Source: Escherichia coli (GTDB lineage Bacteria; Pseudomonadota; Gammaproteobacteria; Enterobacterales; Enterobacteriaceae). From it: 64,000 nucleotides of DNA. Below the pieces are notes generated by a model that worked only from the letters and a program-made list of their open reading frames with translations, ran no database searches and had not been told where the DNA came from. A program made the position numbers and the translations under genes. Of this stretch, positions 12,365 through 22,401 are shown piece by piece (position 1 is the stretch's first letter; every line of letters starts with the position of its first letter). The stretch lies in assembly GCF_003334335.1 (NCBI RefSeq), contig NZ_QOWQ01000030.1, one strand, 5' to 3'.

Positions 12365-13222
12365 TTAGCCCTGAAAACGGGCGCTGTACTCTCCCGGCGT
12401 CAGACCAAACTGACGCCGGAAAACGCGACAAAAATAGTCGCTATCCGGAAAACCGCAACGCTGTGCCACTTCATGAATTGACAGATGATATTTCTGCAAA
12501 ATCATCCTCGCCTTCGCCATTCGCACCCAACGCACATACTCGATAAAACGCATCGTTCCATGCTGAGCAAACAGTTTTGACAGATGATTGGGCGTGATAT
12601 TAAAAAACTGCGCCACGCTCTCGCGGGTGAGCGGCTGGGCATAATTATCCTGAACCCAGTTACAAATGCTGTGATAGAGAAAATCGCCGCGCGGCTGCGA
12701 ATTGCCCGGCGGCATATTCACCACGCTACGGCAAAGATGCAGCAAACTTAACACCAGCGGCTGAATGATATTTTGCTCCAGCGGCGAACGGCTAAGATGG
12801 GTGAGGGCGGTAAGCATCGCTTCACCTTCACCGCGTTGCAGGCTGGGAAGCTGGATCTGGCGAGCAGGATGCAACAACGACGTGGTGCGGCTATCGTAAA
12901 ACGATAACCCAAGCCAGGTCGGAGCGAACACCAGGCTTAACAGCATCACCGGTTTGTTGTTGACCGGTAAATTAGCCGCGCGCGCCGGAATAAACAGCAT
13001 TTCTCCTTCCACCAAACGTTGCTGCTTTGCTTCCAGCAGATTGCCGTATTCGCCGCGCAGCACGATATCCAGACGGGGAAAATCAATACATAAACTGCCC
13101 ACCGGCAACGAGGCAGGCTGGCTGGCAAACCAGACGCGCCCCAGTAGTTGCGGGTTAAGCACCAGGCCGCTGAACAGATCGGCGAAAAATTGTTGATCGG
13201 CGGGCAAGCCTGGTGCTTTCAT
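12365..13222 (-). CDS. ypdC: AraC/XylS-family transcriptional regulator YpdC
   Basis: 285-aa ORF with a C-terminal AraC-type helix-turn-helix region (...HLSIHEVAQRCGFPDSDYFCRVFRRQFGLTPGEY). Confidence 0.85.
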   Translation of the reverse strand: MKAPGLPADQQFFADLFSGLVLNPQLLGRVWFASQPASLPVGSLCIDFPRLDIVLRGEYGNLLEAKQQRLVEGEMLFIPARAANLPVNNKPVMLLSLVFAPTWLGLSFYDSRTTSLLHPARQIQLPSLQRGEGEAMLTALTHLSRSPLEQNIIQPLVLSLLHLCRSVVNMPPGNSQPRGDFLYHSICNWVQDNYAQPLTRESVAQFFNITPNHLSKLFAQHGTMRFIEYVRWVRMAKARMILQKYHLSIHEVAQRCGFPDSDYFCRVFRRQFGLTPGEYSARFQG

Positions 13223-13234
13223 GAAAGTTCCCGA

Positions 13235-13969
13235 TTAAAGATGCATTAACTGGCGAAATTCTTTCACTTTGCTGCGGCTGACCGGCACTTCAAAATCCAG
13301 ATCTTTCAGTCGCAGAATGTAGGTGTTATTAAACCACGGTTCGATTTCGCGTATTTTGTTCAGATTGACACAAAATGAGCGATGGCAGCGGAAAAAATGC
13401 GACGGCGGCAGTTTGCTGCAAAATTCGGTAATGTTCATCGGCATTACGTAGGATTCACGCCGCGTATAGACAAAGGTCATTTTCTCGTGCGCTTCGGCGT
13501 AATAGATATCGTTAATTGGCGTGACGATTATTCGCTCATCTTTCACCAGATTAATGGTGTCATTCTCACGCGTTACCGTCGCGGCAGGCGTACTGCTGGT
13601 CTGCTGTTGTTGCCAGGCCGCTTCCAGTTTTTGCAGCATCCCGGTAATACGTGACTCCTGATACGGTTTGAGAATGTAGTCAAACGCCTCCAGTTCAAAC
13701 GCTTCTACCGCATGTTCTTTCCACGCGGTGATGAACACAATAAACGGTTTATGGGCGAACTGGCTGATGTTTTGCGCCAGCAACACGCCATCCAGCGACG
13801 GAATATTGATATCCAGAAAAATGGCGTCGACGCGGTTATGCTGCAAAAACTTCAACACGTCCAGACCGTCGTCAAAGGTGCCGACAATCTCCATCTGGCT
13901 GTGCTCTTTAATTAGCCAGCTCAGTTCCTGTTGTGCCAGGAATTCGTCTTCAACAATGATGACTTTCAC
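13235..13969 (-). CDS. ypdB: LytTR-family response regulator YpdB
   Basis: ORF track begins at a TTG at 13987; trimmed to the GTG at 13969 (cac on the + strand at 13967..13969), giving VKVIIVEDE... and 244 aa; receiver domain plus LytTR DNA-binding domain. Confidence 0.82.
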   Translation of the reverse strand: MKVIIVEDEFLAQQELSWLIKEHSQMEIVGTFDDGLDVLKFLQHNRVDAIFLDINIPSLDGVLLAQNISQFAHKPFIVFITAWKEHAVEAFELEAFDYILKPYQESRITGMLQKLEAAWQQQQTSSTPAATVTRENDTINLVKDERIIVTPINDIYYAEAHEKMTFVYTRRESYVMPMNITEFCSKLPPSHFFRCHRSFCVNLNKIREIEPWFNNTYILRLKDLDFEVPVSRSKVKEFRQLMHL

Positions 13970-13983
13970 AATATCACTCCGGC

Positions 13984-15681
13984 TCAAAGCAATAACGTAG
14001 CCTGTGAGGCGACTGGGGTGCGTTGGTTAGGAATGTAAAACGCAATTTCCGTCCCCGGCTCCAGGCGGCGGATATGCAGCCCCTCGCCATACAATAACTT
14101 CACGCGATGATGGACATTCAGCAGGCCAATTTTATTGCCCGGCATTTCATTCGCTTCGACCCGCTCAATCACCTTTGGATCGATGCCGTGCCCGGTATCT
14201 CGCACCGCAATGCGTACCCGATTTCCGCACTCTGCAACGCTGATGGTGACAACGCCTTTACCTTTGCAAGGCTGAATACCGTGGACAATGGCGTTCTCCA
14301 CCAACGGCTGGATCAGCAGGCTGGGAATGCAGCAATTCACCTCTTCATCAATATCATAGATAACCGTCAGCTTGTCACCAAAGCGGGCCTGCTCAATGGC
14401 AATATAGTCTTTAATTTGATACAGCTCTTTTTTGATATCGATTTGCTCATCGTCTTTTAATTCAATGTTATAGCGCAGATAACGCGACAGATTAAAGATC
14501 AACTGGCGAGCGGTATCCGGATTCAGACGGATTGACGATGAAATAGCGTTCAGAGCGTTAAACAGAAAATGGGGATTAATTTTGCTTTGCAGGGCGCGAA
14601 GCTCTGCCTTATTTGCCATTTCACGTAGCTGCTCGGCGCGTGAAACCTCCAGTTGCGTGGAGATGATTTGCGACAGACCGACCGCCATTTCCTGTAATGA
14701 CGAGGTGATCTGATGCGCGTGGCAGTAGTAAATTTTCAGCGTTCCGGTCACGACCCCTTTCTCCCACAATGGGATCACCAGCATGGAATGAATCTCTGGT
14801 GTGCGGTGGGCTTCATCATTGTTTTTAATGATGATTTTTCCGTAATTCATCGCCTGACGGGTAGTCGGGCTAATGAAGTCATCGCCATTCTGATAGTTAT
14901 GTTCACCCACGCCAACATAGGCCAGCACATGATCGGTATTAGTAATCGCCACCGCATCGGCGTGAATGTCATCGCGGATAATTTCGCAGACCTTGCGTAA
15001 TGACTCGCTATTGACATGGCGAAACAGCGGTAGCGTTTTGTTGGCGATATCCAGCGCCAGCTTGGCCTGCCGCGCGGCGCTGGCCTCTTTTTCGCCCTCA
15101 ACGCTTTGCACCAGAAGCACAATAAAGCCGATACAGACGCTACCGAGGATCATTGGAATGCCGATTTTAGAGACGATATCGATCCCCAACGCGGTAGTTG
15201 GTGCCCAGACAATTACCAGAATCATGGTCAACGTCTCACACAACATGCCGCCGAGAATACCGACGCGCCAGCGCTGTGCTTTGGGGATTTTCAGGTTGAT
15301 CCAGCCCGATATACAACCCGCCAGAATGCTGGTGATAAAGCAGGGGATCGCCGTCACGCCGCCGATATCAATTAAATACCGGTGAATACCCGCAATCACG
15401 CCGGTAATGATGCCTACCCACGGGCCAAACAGAATCCCGCCGGACATCACCGCGATAATACGTACGTTCACCAGCGAGCCTTCTACGGGAACGCCGGACC
15501 AGGTGCTGAACAGGGCGAACAGCGAGAAAATGGCGGTAACGGCGAGCAATTCTTTTGGGGAGTGCGCCGACTTGTGCAACAGTTCGCGAAACAGGCGGAT
15601 ACGGATGAGAAAGAACAGGCAGATAAGCATTAACGCTGCCCGATCGAAGACCGCCAGCAGCATGTTGAATATTTCGTGCAC
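13984..15681 (-). CDS. ypdA: Sensor histidine kinase YpdA (LytS-type 5TM sensor, GAF, HisKA/HATPase)
   Basis: 565-aa ORF with an N-terminal multi-pass membrane domain and C-terminal kinase motifs; the stop overlaps the ypdB 5' end. Confidence 0.88.
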
Positions 15682-16056
15682 GGGTGACTCTGAATAAGGA
15701 TTAAACCTCTATGATAGGTAACCTGAAGGCTGATGACCAGCAGGCCGTTTTTGAGGAAAAACCACAATTTTAAAAGGGGATTGATAGATAAATGGTGTAT
15801 TAGCAATGCATCTCTTGATAATGCACTTCTGGTTAGTAAATTTATTGAAATTATTATGTTAATAAAATGAGTGGTAATTTTCTTGTTAGCGCAGATAAAT
15901 TTCCTGTTTTTAAAGCAGAGTTCCTCATTTAACGTCATTAATAAAATGTTCTAAAACGCTGGACAGACAGAAATTAATCAGGCTATTTTCAAAACAGCCA
16001 CCATCGTGGCAGCGTCGCTCGGACGGTCCGGGCGCTAACGTTAATCTGAGGAAATT

Positions 16057-17295
16057 ATGGCTGACACTCGCCCTGAACGTCGCTTTACGCGCATTGATCG
16101 TCTCCCGCCCTACGTTTTTAACATCACCGCTGAACTGAAAATGGCTGCGCGTCGGCGCGGCGAAGATATTATCGATTTCAGCATGGGTAACCCGGACGGT
16201 GCGACTCCGCCGCATATCGTCGAAAAATTATGTACTGTGGCCCAGCGCCCGGACACGCATGGTTACTCCACTTCACGCGGCATTCCGCGGTTACGTCGCG
16301 CCATTTCCCGCTGGTATCAGGATCGCTACGACGTTGAAATCGACCCGGAATCAGAAGCCATCGTCACTATTGGTTCGAAAGAGGGCCTGGCGCATCTGAT
16401 GCTGGCGACGCTGGATCATGGTGACACGGTGCTGGTGCCGAATCCAAGTTACCCGATCCATATTTATGGCGCGGTGATTGCCGGGGCGCAGGTACGCTCA
16501 GTGCCGCTGGTGGAAGGTGTCGATTTCTTCAACGAACTGGAGCGAGCCATTCGTGAAAGTTATCCGAAACCGAAGATGATGATCCTCGGCTTCCCGTCAA
16601 ACCCAACCGCGCAATGCGTGGAACTGGAGTTCTTCGAAAAAGTAGTGGCGCTGGCGAAACGCTACGATGTGCTGGTGGTCCATGACCTGGCCTATGCCGA
16701 TATCGTCTACGATGGCTGGAAAGCGCCGTCAATTATGCAGGTACCGGGTGCACGCGATGTGGCAGTCGAGTTCTTTACGCTGTCGAAAAGCTACAACATG
16801 GCGGGCTGGCGTATCGGCTTTATGGTTGGCAACAAAACGCTGGTCAGCGCCCTGGCTCGTATTAAAAGCTATCACGATTACGGCACCTTTACGCCGTTGC
16901 AGGTGGCGGCGATTGCGGCGCTGGAGGGCGATCAACAGTGCGTGCGCGACATTGCCGAACAGTACAAACGCCGCCGTGATGTATTGGTTAAAGGGCTGCA
17001 TGAAGCGGGCTGGATGGTTGAAATGCCGAAGGCTTCGATGTATGTCTGGGCGAAAATCCCGGAACCATATGCGGCCATGGGATCGCTGGAATTTGCCAAG
17101 AAGCTCCTTAACGAAGCGAAGGTTTGTGTCTCGCCGGGGATTGGCTTTGGCGACTATGGTGATACGCATGTTCGCTTTGCACTGATTGAAAACCGCGACC
17201 GTATTCGTCAGGCCATCAGAGGGATTAAAGCGATGTTCCGTGCCGACGGTTTACTACCCGCCAGCAGCAAACATATTCACGAAAACGCGGAATAA
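16057..17295 (+). CDS. alaC: Glutamate-pyruvate aminotransferase AlaC (PLP-dependent class I aminotransferase)
   Basis: 412-aa ORF; aminotransferase fold with the PLP-lysine region ([14 protein letters not shown]). Confidence 0.9.
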   Translation: MADTRPERRFTRIDRLPPYVFNITAELKMAARRRGEDIIDFSMGNPDGATPPHIVEKLCTVAQRPDTHGYSTSRGIPRLRRAISRWYQDRYDVEIDPESEAIVTIGSKEGLAHLMLATLDHGDTVLVPNPSYPIHIYGAVIAGAQVRSVPLVEGVDFFNELERAIRESYPKPKMMILGFPSNPTAQCVELEFFEKVVALAKRYDVLVVHDLAYADIVYDGWKAPSIMQVPGARDVAVEFFTLSKSYNMAGWRIGFMVGNKTLVSALARIKSYHDYGTFTPLQVAAIAALEGDQQCVRDIAEQYKRRRDVLVKGLHEAGWMVEMPKASMYVWAKIPEPYAAMGSLEFAKKLLNEAKVCVSPGIGFGDYGDTHVRFALIENRDRIRQAIRGIKAMFRADGLLPASSKHIHENAE

Positions 17296-17314
17296 ACACC
17301 GTCGTCAGAAATGC

Positions 17315-17345
17315 AAACAGGAGCCTGATGGCTCCTGTTTTTCAT
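17315..17345 (+). terminator. Rho-independent terminator after alaC
   Basis: aaacaggagcc-tgat-ggctcctgttt stem-loop followed by a T run. Confidence 0.7.
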
Positions 17346-17359
17346 TGCACAGTTTGCTT

Positions 17360-17431
17360 TTAGATCATCAGGGCAAAAGTACCGGCCCAAACGATGACCA
17401 TAAAAGAAATGCCCATAAAGAAATATTTCAC
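17360..17431 (-). CDS. ypdK: Small membrane protein YpdK (23 aa)
   Basis: GTG-initiated mini-ORF encoding VKYFFMGISFMVIVWAGTFALMI; codons checked by hand; convergent with and abutting the alaC terminator. Confidence 0.6.
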   Translation of the reverse strand: MKYFFMGISFMVIVWAGTFALMI

Positions 17432-17786
17432 TTTACATCTCTCCGCGTAATTACTGTTACGCCTGAATGACTTCATTACACCTGATACAGTGAGTTGACA
17501 CCGGGCAAAGCGACCTTAAAAGCCCTGTATTTTACCGTGGGCATCACCCCAGAATTCTGAGCTAAACTGCTCGAGACGGCGCTAATGTACGCCTAAAACT
17601 GAAACGAGACAAGAGGCATTTTCTTATTTACTTTTAGTAACTTACAAGTGTCTCATATCGGCGACAGTTTAATTTCTGACGGTAATAATTAGATATTCAG
17701 CGAAGGAAAAAACCTTAAGAAAAAAGCCATAAAAACCATGAGGTTATTATGGCCGATTTGAGGAGGGAAAGAGTAAGAGCAGTTTG

Positions 17787-18707
17787 TTAAATGTACAACG
17801 ACGATTCTCCCACCGGGCGCGTTTTAAAGCGACGGTGGATCCAGAGGTACTGCTCCGGTGCGCGCATGATCTCTTTCTCGATAATCTTGTTCATATAGGC
17901 AGCGGCTTGATTTTCATCTGTCGGGTAGCCTTCCATCTCTGGGGTGATGAACAAACGATATCCGCTGTAATCCGCTTTTCTTACCATCGTTACGGTCAAC
18001 ATGGCTGCGCCAGAGAGACGGGAGAGAACATAGGTGCCATTGGTTGTGGCGACATTTTCCACCGCAAAGAACGGCGCGAAGGAGCTGCCTTTACGACCAT
18101 AATCCTGATCGGGAGCAAACCATACCGCTTCACCTTTCTTCAGTGCACCGACAATGCCGCGCAGATTATTTCTGCCGATCATCGCTTTGTTAGAGCGCAT
18201 GCGCCCACGGGTCTGCACCCATTCCATCAGCTGATTATTATGTGGACGATAGGTAGCCATCATTGGTTGGCACAGTCCCATCACGCGGCCGCCCAGTTCC
18301 AGCGACATAAAATGGACGCCGACAACCATTACGCCGCGATTTTGCATTTGTGCGCGTTTAAGGTTATCCAACCCTTCAACATCAAACCATTTACGTACGC
18401 GACTGTCGGGCCAGAACCATGCCATGCCGGTTTCTACCAGCGCCATGCCGAGTGAACGAAAGTTTTCGGCAATCATCTTCTCGCGTTCTTCCGCAGAATG
18501 CTGCGGGAAACAAAGTTCCAGGTTTTTACGGGCGATAGATTCACGACGTTTCAGGAATGGTCGCGCCATTGCGCCAATACGCGTGCCGAGAAAGCAGAGA
18601 ACAGGATAAGGAAGCTGTACCCAAAGCCAGAGTACACCAAGCCCAAACCATGTGAGCCAGTAGCGAGGATGTAGAAACTCGCGGGAAAATTTGCATTGTG
18701 GAAACAT
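17787..18707 (-). CDS. lpxP: Lipid A palmitoleoyl-ACP acyltransferase LpxP (cold-induced LpxL paralogue)
   Basis: ORF 17787..18773 trimmed to the ATG at 18707 (MFPQCKFSREFLHPRYWLTWFGLG...), 306 aa; HtrB/LpxL-family lauroyl/palmitoleoyl acyltransferase. Confidence 0.88.
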   Translation of the reverse strand: MFPQCKFSREFLHPRYWLTWFGLGVLWLWVQLPYPVLCFLGTRIGAMARPFLKRRESIARKNLELCFPQHSAEEREKMIAENFRSLGMALVETGMAWFWPDSRVRKWFDVEGLDNLKRAQMQNRGVMVVGVHFMSLELGGRVMGLCQPMMATYRPHNNQLMEWVQTRGRMRSNKAMIGRNNLRGIVGALKKGEAVWFAPDQDYGRKGSSFAPFFAVENVATTNGTYVLSRLSGAAMLTVTMVRKADYSGYRLFITPEMEGYPTDENQAAAYMNKIIEKEIMRAPEQYLWIHRRFKTRPVGESSLYI

Positions 18708-19059
18708 AGTTACCTTCTGTAGATACGAATTGTTGTATCGCAGAAGATTCCATGTCGACAGCGGTACACTCAATTGGTTGGGCCATCATGTACGACAATG
18801 GTTCCTGTAAAGAGTGTAAAGACTAGTCAGGACATAACCACGAGGAGCATGAAGGCGGTATCTGTACTTTATCACTCGCTGACTGCTTTCAGCTACTGAT
18901 TATTAATCGTGCAAAGTAAATATTTTTCCGTACACAACAGTCTTGCATTTAACATGCTGTTTTCATTGATGCTTAGCAAAAATTGCCAGAGGTTAAGGAT
19001 TGTCTTACTATTAAAGTGACTGAAGTTACAGGTTTTTTAGCGCGGCAGGAGGTTGAGCT

Positions 19060-19302
19060 ATGATTAATTTATGGATGTTTCTCGCCCTGTGTATTGTCTG
19101 CGTAAGCGGCTACATCGGTCAGGTACTGAACGTGGTATCGGCGGTCTCTTCTTTCTTCGGCATGGTGATCCTCGCTGCACTCATTTATTACTTCACCATG
19201 TGGTTAACTGGCGGTAATGAACTAGTGACGGGGATATTTATGTTTCTTGCCCCGGCTTGTGGCTTGATGATTCGCTTTATGGTGGGGTATGGCAGGCGGT
19301 AG
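19060..19302 (+). CDS. yfdY: Small inner-membrane protein YfdY
   Basis: 80-aa ORF with two predicted transmembrane helices. Confidence 0.7.
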   Translation: MINLWMFLALCIVCVSGYIGQVLNVVSAVSSFFGMVILAALIYYFTMWLTGGNELVTGIFMFLAPACGLMIRFMVGYGRR

Positions 19303-19378
19303 TGGGTCAGGATGGCTCATTTGGGCAGGTGTTCACATCAGCATCAGACATGATTGTTCACCTGCCATGTGAAAGACG

Positions 19379-19654
19379 CTATCGCACAGGATGAATAAGA
19401 TAATTCGCCTTTGTCGGAAAAGGGGGCGGCATTTCTTCTGTGAGGTTTAATGGTGGCGCATCTTCTCTCATCTTAAACAAAATCGCCTGTGATGGCTGAA
19501 GTTTTGTAGAGTGTGTGGTCGTCATCGCTGATGTTTTTTCAGTCTCTTTATAGCTCCTCTCACTTCCACCACCCGAAATGGAAAATGCAAAAACATTGCA
19601 TGCCATAATAGAGACCAATAAAAATAAGCTGAAAAGTATTAAGTTTACTTTCAT
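19379..19654 (-). CDS. ypdI: Small putative lipoprotein YpdI
   Basis: 91-aa ORF; signal peptide with a lipobox-like cysteine (LVSIMAC). Confidence 0.7.
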   Translation of the reverse strand: MKVNLILFSLFLLVSIMACNVFAFSISGGGSERSYKETEKTSAMTTTHSTKLQPSQAILFKMREDAPPLNLTEEMPPPFPTKANYLIHPVR

Positions 19655-19796
19655 AGAAAGTTATCCTGAAAATGGTTCACTGAGAACCTACGATGTTATG
19701 GCTGTATTTACATTTAATTAATCAGTATTTACATCGATATAATAAATGACATCTCTTTGTGGTATATAAGAATAGTTCTCTGCGACAGGAAGCATA

Positions 19797-19814
19797 TTCC
19801 TACAATTGTAAGAC
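19797..19814. promoter_or_regulatory. EvgA-box-like inverted repeat upstream of yfdX
   Basis: ttcctaca-at-tgtaagac matches the recalled EvgA consensus TTCYTACA-N2-TGTARGAA at 17 of 18 positions; about 135 bp upstream of yfdX. Confidence 0.55.
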
Positions 19815-19949
19815 TAAAATACTTCTTGCGATAATAACTACAACTGTAAGATAACCCTTTCAAAATGACCGTTGCTCTCTGATTTCTCATTTCATGCTCA
19901 CCCAATATGATGGCGGCGTTTTCTAAAACTGTTAAAGAATGAGGTAAGT

Positions 19950-20585
19950 ATGAAACGTTTAATTATGGCCACGATGGTCACAGCAATTCTGGCATCTTCA
20001 ACTGTATGGGCTGCTGATAATGCTCCGGTAGCGGCACAACAGCAAACTCAGCAAGTTCAGCAAACCCAGAAAACGGCAGCGGCAGCAGAGCGTATCTCTG
20101 AACAAGGTTTATATGCGATGCGTGACGTGCAGGTAGCGCGCCTGGCTCTGTTTCATGGCGATCCAGAAAAGGCAAAAGAACTGACCAATGAAGCTTCCGC
20201 TTTGCTGTCAGATGACAGTACCGAATGGGCAAAGTTCGCTAAGCCAGGTAAAAAGACCAATCTCAATGATGACCAATATATTGTCATTAATGCATCTGTC
20301 GGAATTTCTGAGAGTTATGTAGCAACTCCCGAAAAAGAAGCCGCGATAAAAATTGCCAATGAAAAAATGGCGAAAGGGGATAAAAAGGGCGCAATGGAAG
20401 AGCTTCGCCTGGCCGGTGTTGGCGTAATGGAAAACCAATATCTGATGCCACTTAAACAGACTCGTAATGCACTTGCTGATGCGCAGAAACTGCTTGATAA
20501 AAAGCAATACTACGAGGCAAACCTGGCGCTTAAAGGTGCGGAAGATGGAATCATCGTCGATAGCGAAGCACTGTTTGTGAACTAA
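19950..20585 (+). CDS. yfdX: Periplasmic YfdX-family protein
   Basis: 211-aa ORF with a signal peptide ([21 protein letters not shown]) and a Gln/Ala/Lys-rich helical body. Confidence 0.85.
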   Translation: MKRLIMATMVTAILASSTVWAADNAPVAAQQQTQQVQQTQKTAAAAERISEQGLYAMRDVQVARLALFHGDPEKAKELTNEASALLSDDSTEWAKFAKPGKKTNLNDDQYIVINASVGISESYVATPEKEAAIKIANEKMAKGDKKGAMEELRLAGVGVMENQYLMPLKQTRNALADAQKLLDKKQYYEANLALKGAEDGIIVDSEALFVN

Positions 20586-20828
20586 TGCTGACAGGCAGTA
20601 TATTGAGGTAAAGGATTTAACTCCCTCCAGCCGACAATTTTTTATGACCACAATACGACAGGTTGTGGTCATAAAATTATTTGGCGCTCGCGGTGCTATA
20701 AACTCGCATTTTATATTCCTCAAAGTAAACCGCAATAATCCCGTGTCATCACAAATCATTTATTATGTTATGTTTTATGGTACGCTTTAAAAAGCGTAAT
20801 CATACCCTTGCTTGTAAATCACCGGCGC

Positions 20829-20846
20829 TTCTTACAGTTGTAAGAA
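20829..20846. promoter_or_regulatory. Perfect EvgA-box palindrome upstream of frc
   Basis: ttcttaca-gt-tgtaagaa: both 8-bp arms are exact reverse complements and match the recalled consensus 18 of 18; 250 bp upstream of the frc ATG. Confidence 0.6.
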
Positions 20847-21097
20847 TAACATCACAAATGTCGCGACTCTCTCTGATTACCACGAATCAATATTTATCAT
20901 ATTCTTCTTTTCGTCCTCACTACTTACCATGCAGAAAGGAATTGGAAGTGGCGATGAAATGATTTTCAGCACTTGATACAGGATTTTAAAAATATCGAGT
21001 GCAGCTACGACGATATTTTGCGGGTTATTTATAGAAGATATTACGCCTTAAATAAACGCTAAATTAACACATATTTAATTAACTAATAGGTATTGCT

Positions 21098-22348
21098 ATG
21101 TCAACTCCACTTCAAGGAATTAAAGTTCTCGATTTCACCGGTGTGCAATCTGGCCCATCTTGTACTCAAATGCTGGCCTGGTTTGGCGCTGACGTTATTA
21201 AAATTGAACGTCCCGGCGTTGGTGACGTAACGCGTCACCAGCTGCGAGATATTCCTGATATCGATGCGCTTTACTTCACCATGCTTAACAGTAACAAACG
21301 TTCTATTGAGTTAAATACCAAAACAGCGGAAGGCAAAGAGGTAATGGAAAAGCTGATCCGCGAAGCTGATATCTTAGTCGAGAACTTTCATCCAGGGGCC
21401 ATTGATCACATGGGCTTCACCTGGGAGCATATTCAAGAAATCAATCCACGTCTGATTTTTGGTTCGATCAAAGGGTTTGATGAGTGTTCGCCTTATGTGA
21501 ATGTAAAAGCCTATGAAAACGTTGCTCAGGCAGCGGGTGGCGCGGCATCCACTACGGGTTTTTGGGATGGTCCGCCGCTGGTAAGCGCTGCAGCGTTGGG
21601 TGACAGCAACACCGGAATGCATTTGCTGATCGGTTTACTTGCTGCTTTGCTGCATCGCGAAAAAACGGGGCGTGGGCAACGAGTCACCATGTCAATGCAG
21701 GATGCCGTATTGAACCTTTGCCGCGTGAAATTACGTGACCAGCAGCGTCTCGATAAATTGGGTTATCTGGAAGAATACCCGCAGTATCCGAATGGTACAT
21801 TTGGTGATGCAGTTCCCCGCGGTGGTAATGCAGGTGGTGGCGGTCAGCCTGGCTGGATCCTGAAATGTAAAGGCTGGGAAACCGATCCTAACGCCTATAT
21901 TTATTTCACTATTCAGGAGCAAAACTGGGAAAACACCTGTAAAGCCATCGGCAAACCAGAATGGATTACCGATCCGGCATACAGTACAGCCCATGCACGA
22001 CAGCCACATATTTTCGATATTTTTGCTGAAATCGAAAAATACACTGTCACTATTGATAAACATGAAGCGGTGGCCTATTTGACTCAGTTTGATATTCCTT
22101 GTGCACCGGTTTTAAGTATGAAAGAAATTTCACTTGATCCCTCTTTGCGCCAAAGTGGCAGTGTTGTTGAAGTGGAACAACCGTTGCGTGGAAAATATCT
22201 GACCGTTGGTTGTCCAATGAAATTCTCTGCCTTTACGCCGGATATTAAAGCTGCGCCGCTATTAGGTGAACATACCGCTGCTGTATTGCAGGAGCTGGGT
22301 TATAGCGACGATGAAATTGCTGCAATGAAGCAAAACCACGCCATCTGA
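21098..22348 (+). CDS. frc: Formyl-CoA:oxalate CoA-transferase (family III CoA-transferase)
   Basis: 416-aa ORF; N-terminus [40 protein letters not shown] is typical of CaiB/BaiF family III CoA-transferases. Confidence 0.9.
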
Positions 22349-22401
22349 TATTAACGGGGGCTTCTGGCTCCCAATTTATAAAAATTTCGAGGTTATTAAT
22401 C

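Noticed and set aside
17784-18455. 223-aa plus-strand ORF overlapping lpxP
   Set aside because: Entirely antisense to lpxP; no independent evidence of coding.
20208-20759. 183-aa minus-strand ORF overlapping the 3' half of yfdX and the downstream intergenic region
   Set aside because: Overlaps yfdX on the opposite strand and runs through AT-rich non-coding DNA; the composition (Phe/Ile/Cys-rich) is typical of AT-rich spurious frames.
20765-20962. 65-aa plus-strand ORF in the yfdX-frc intergenic region
   Set aside because: It contains the EvgA palindrome within its reading frame and lacks a ribosome-binding site; more plausibly part of the promoter/leader region of frc than a gene.
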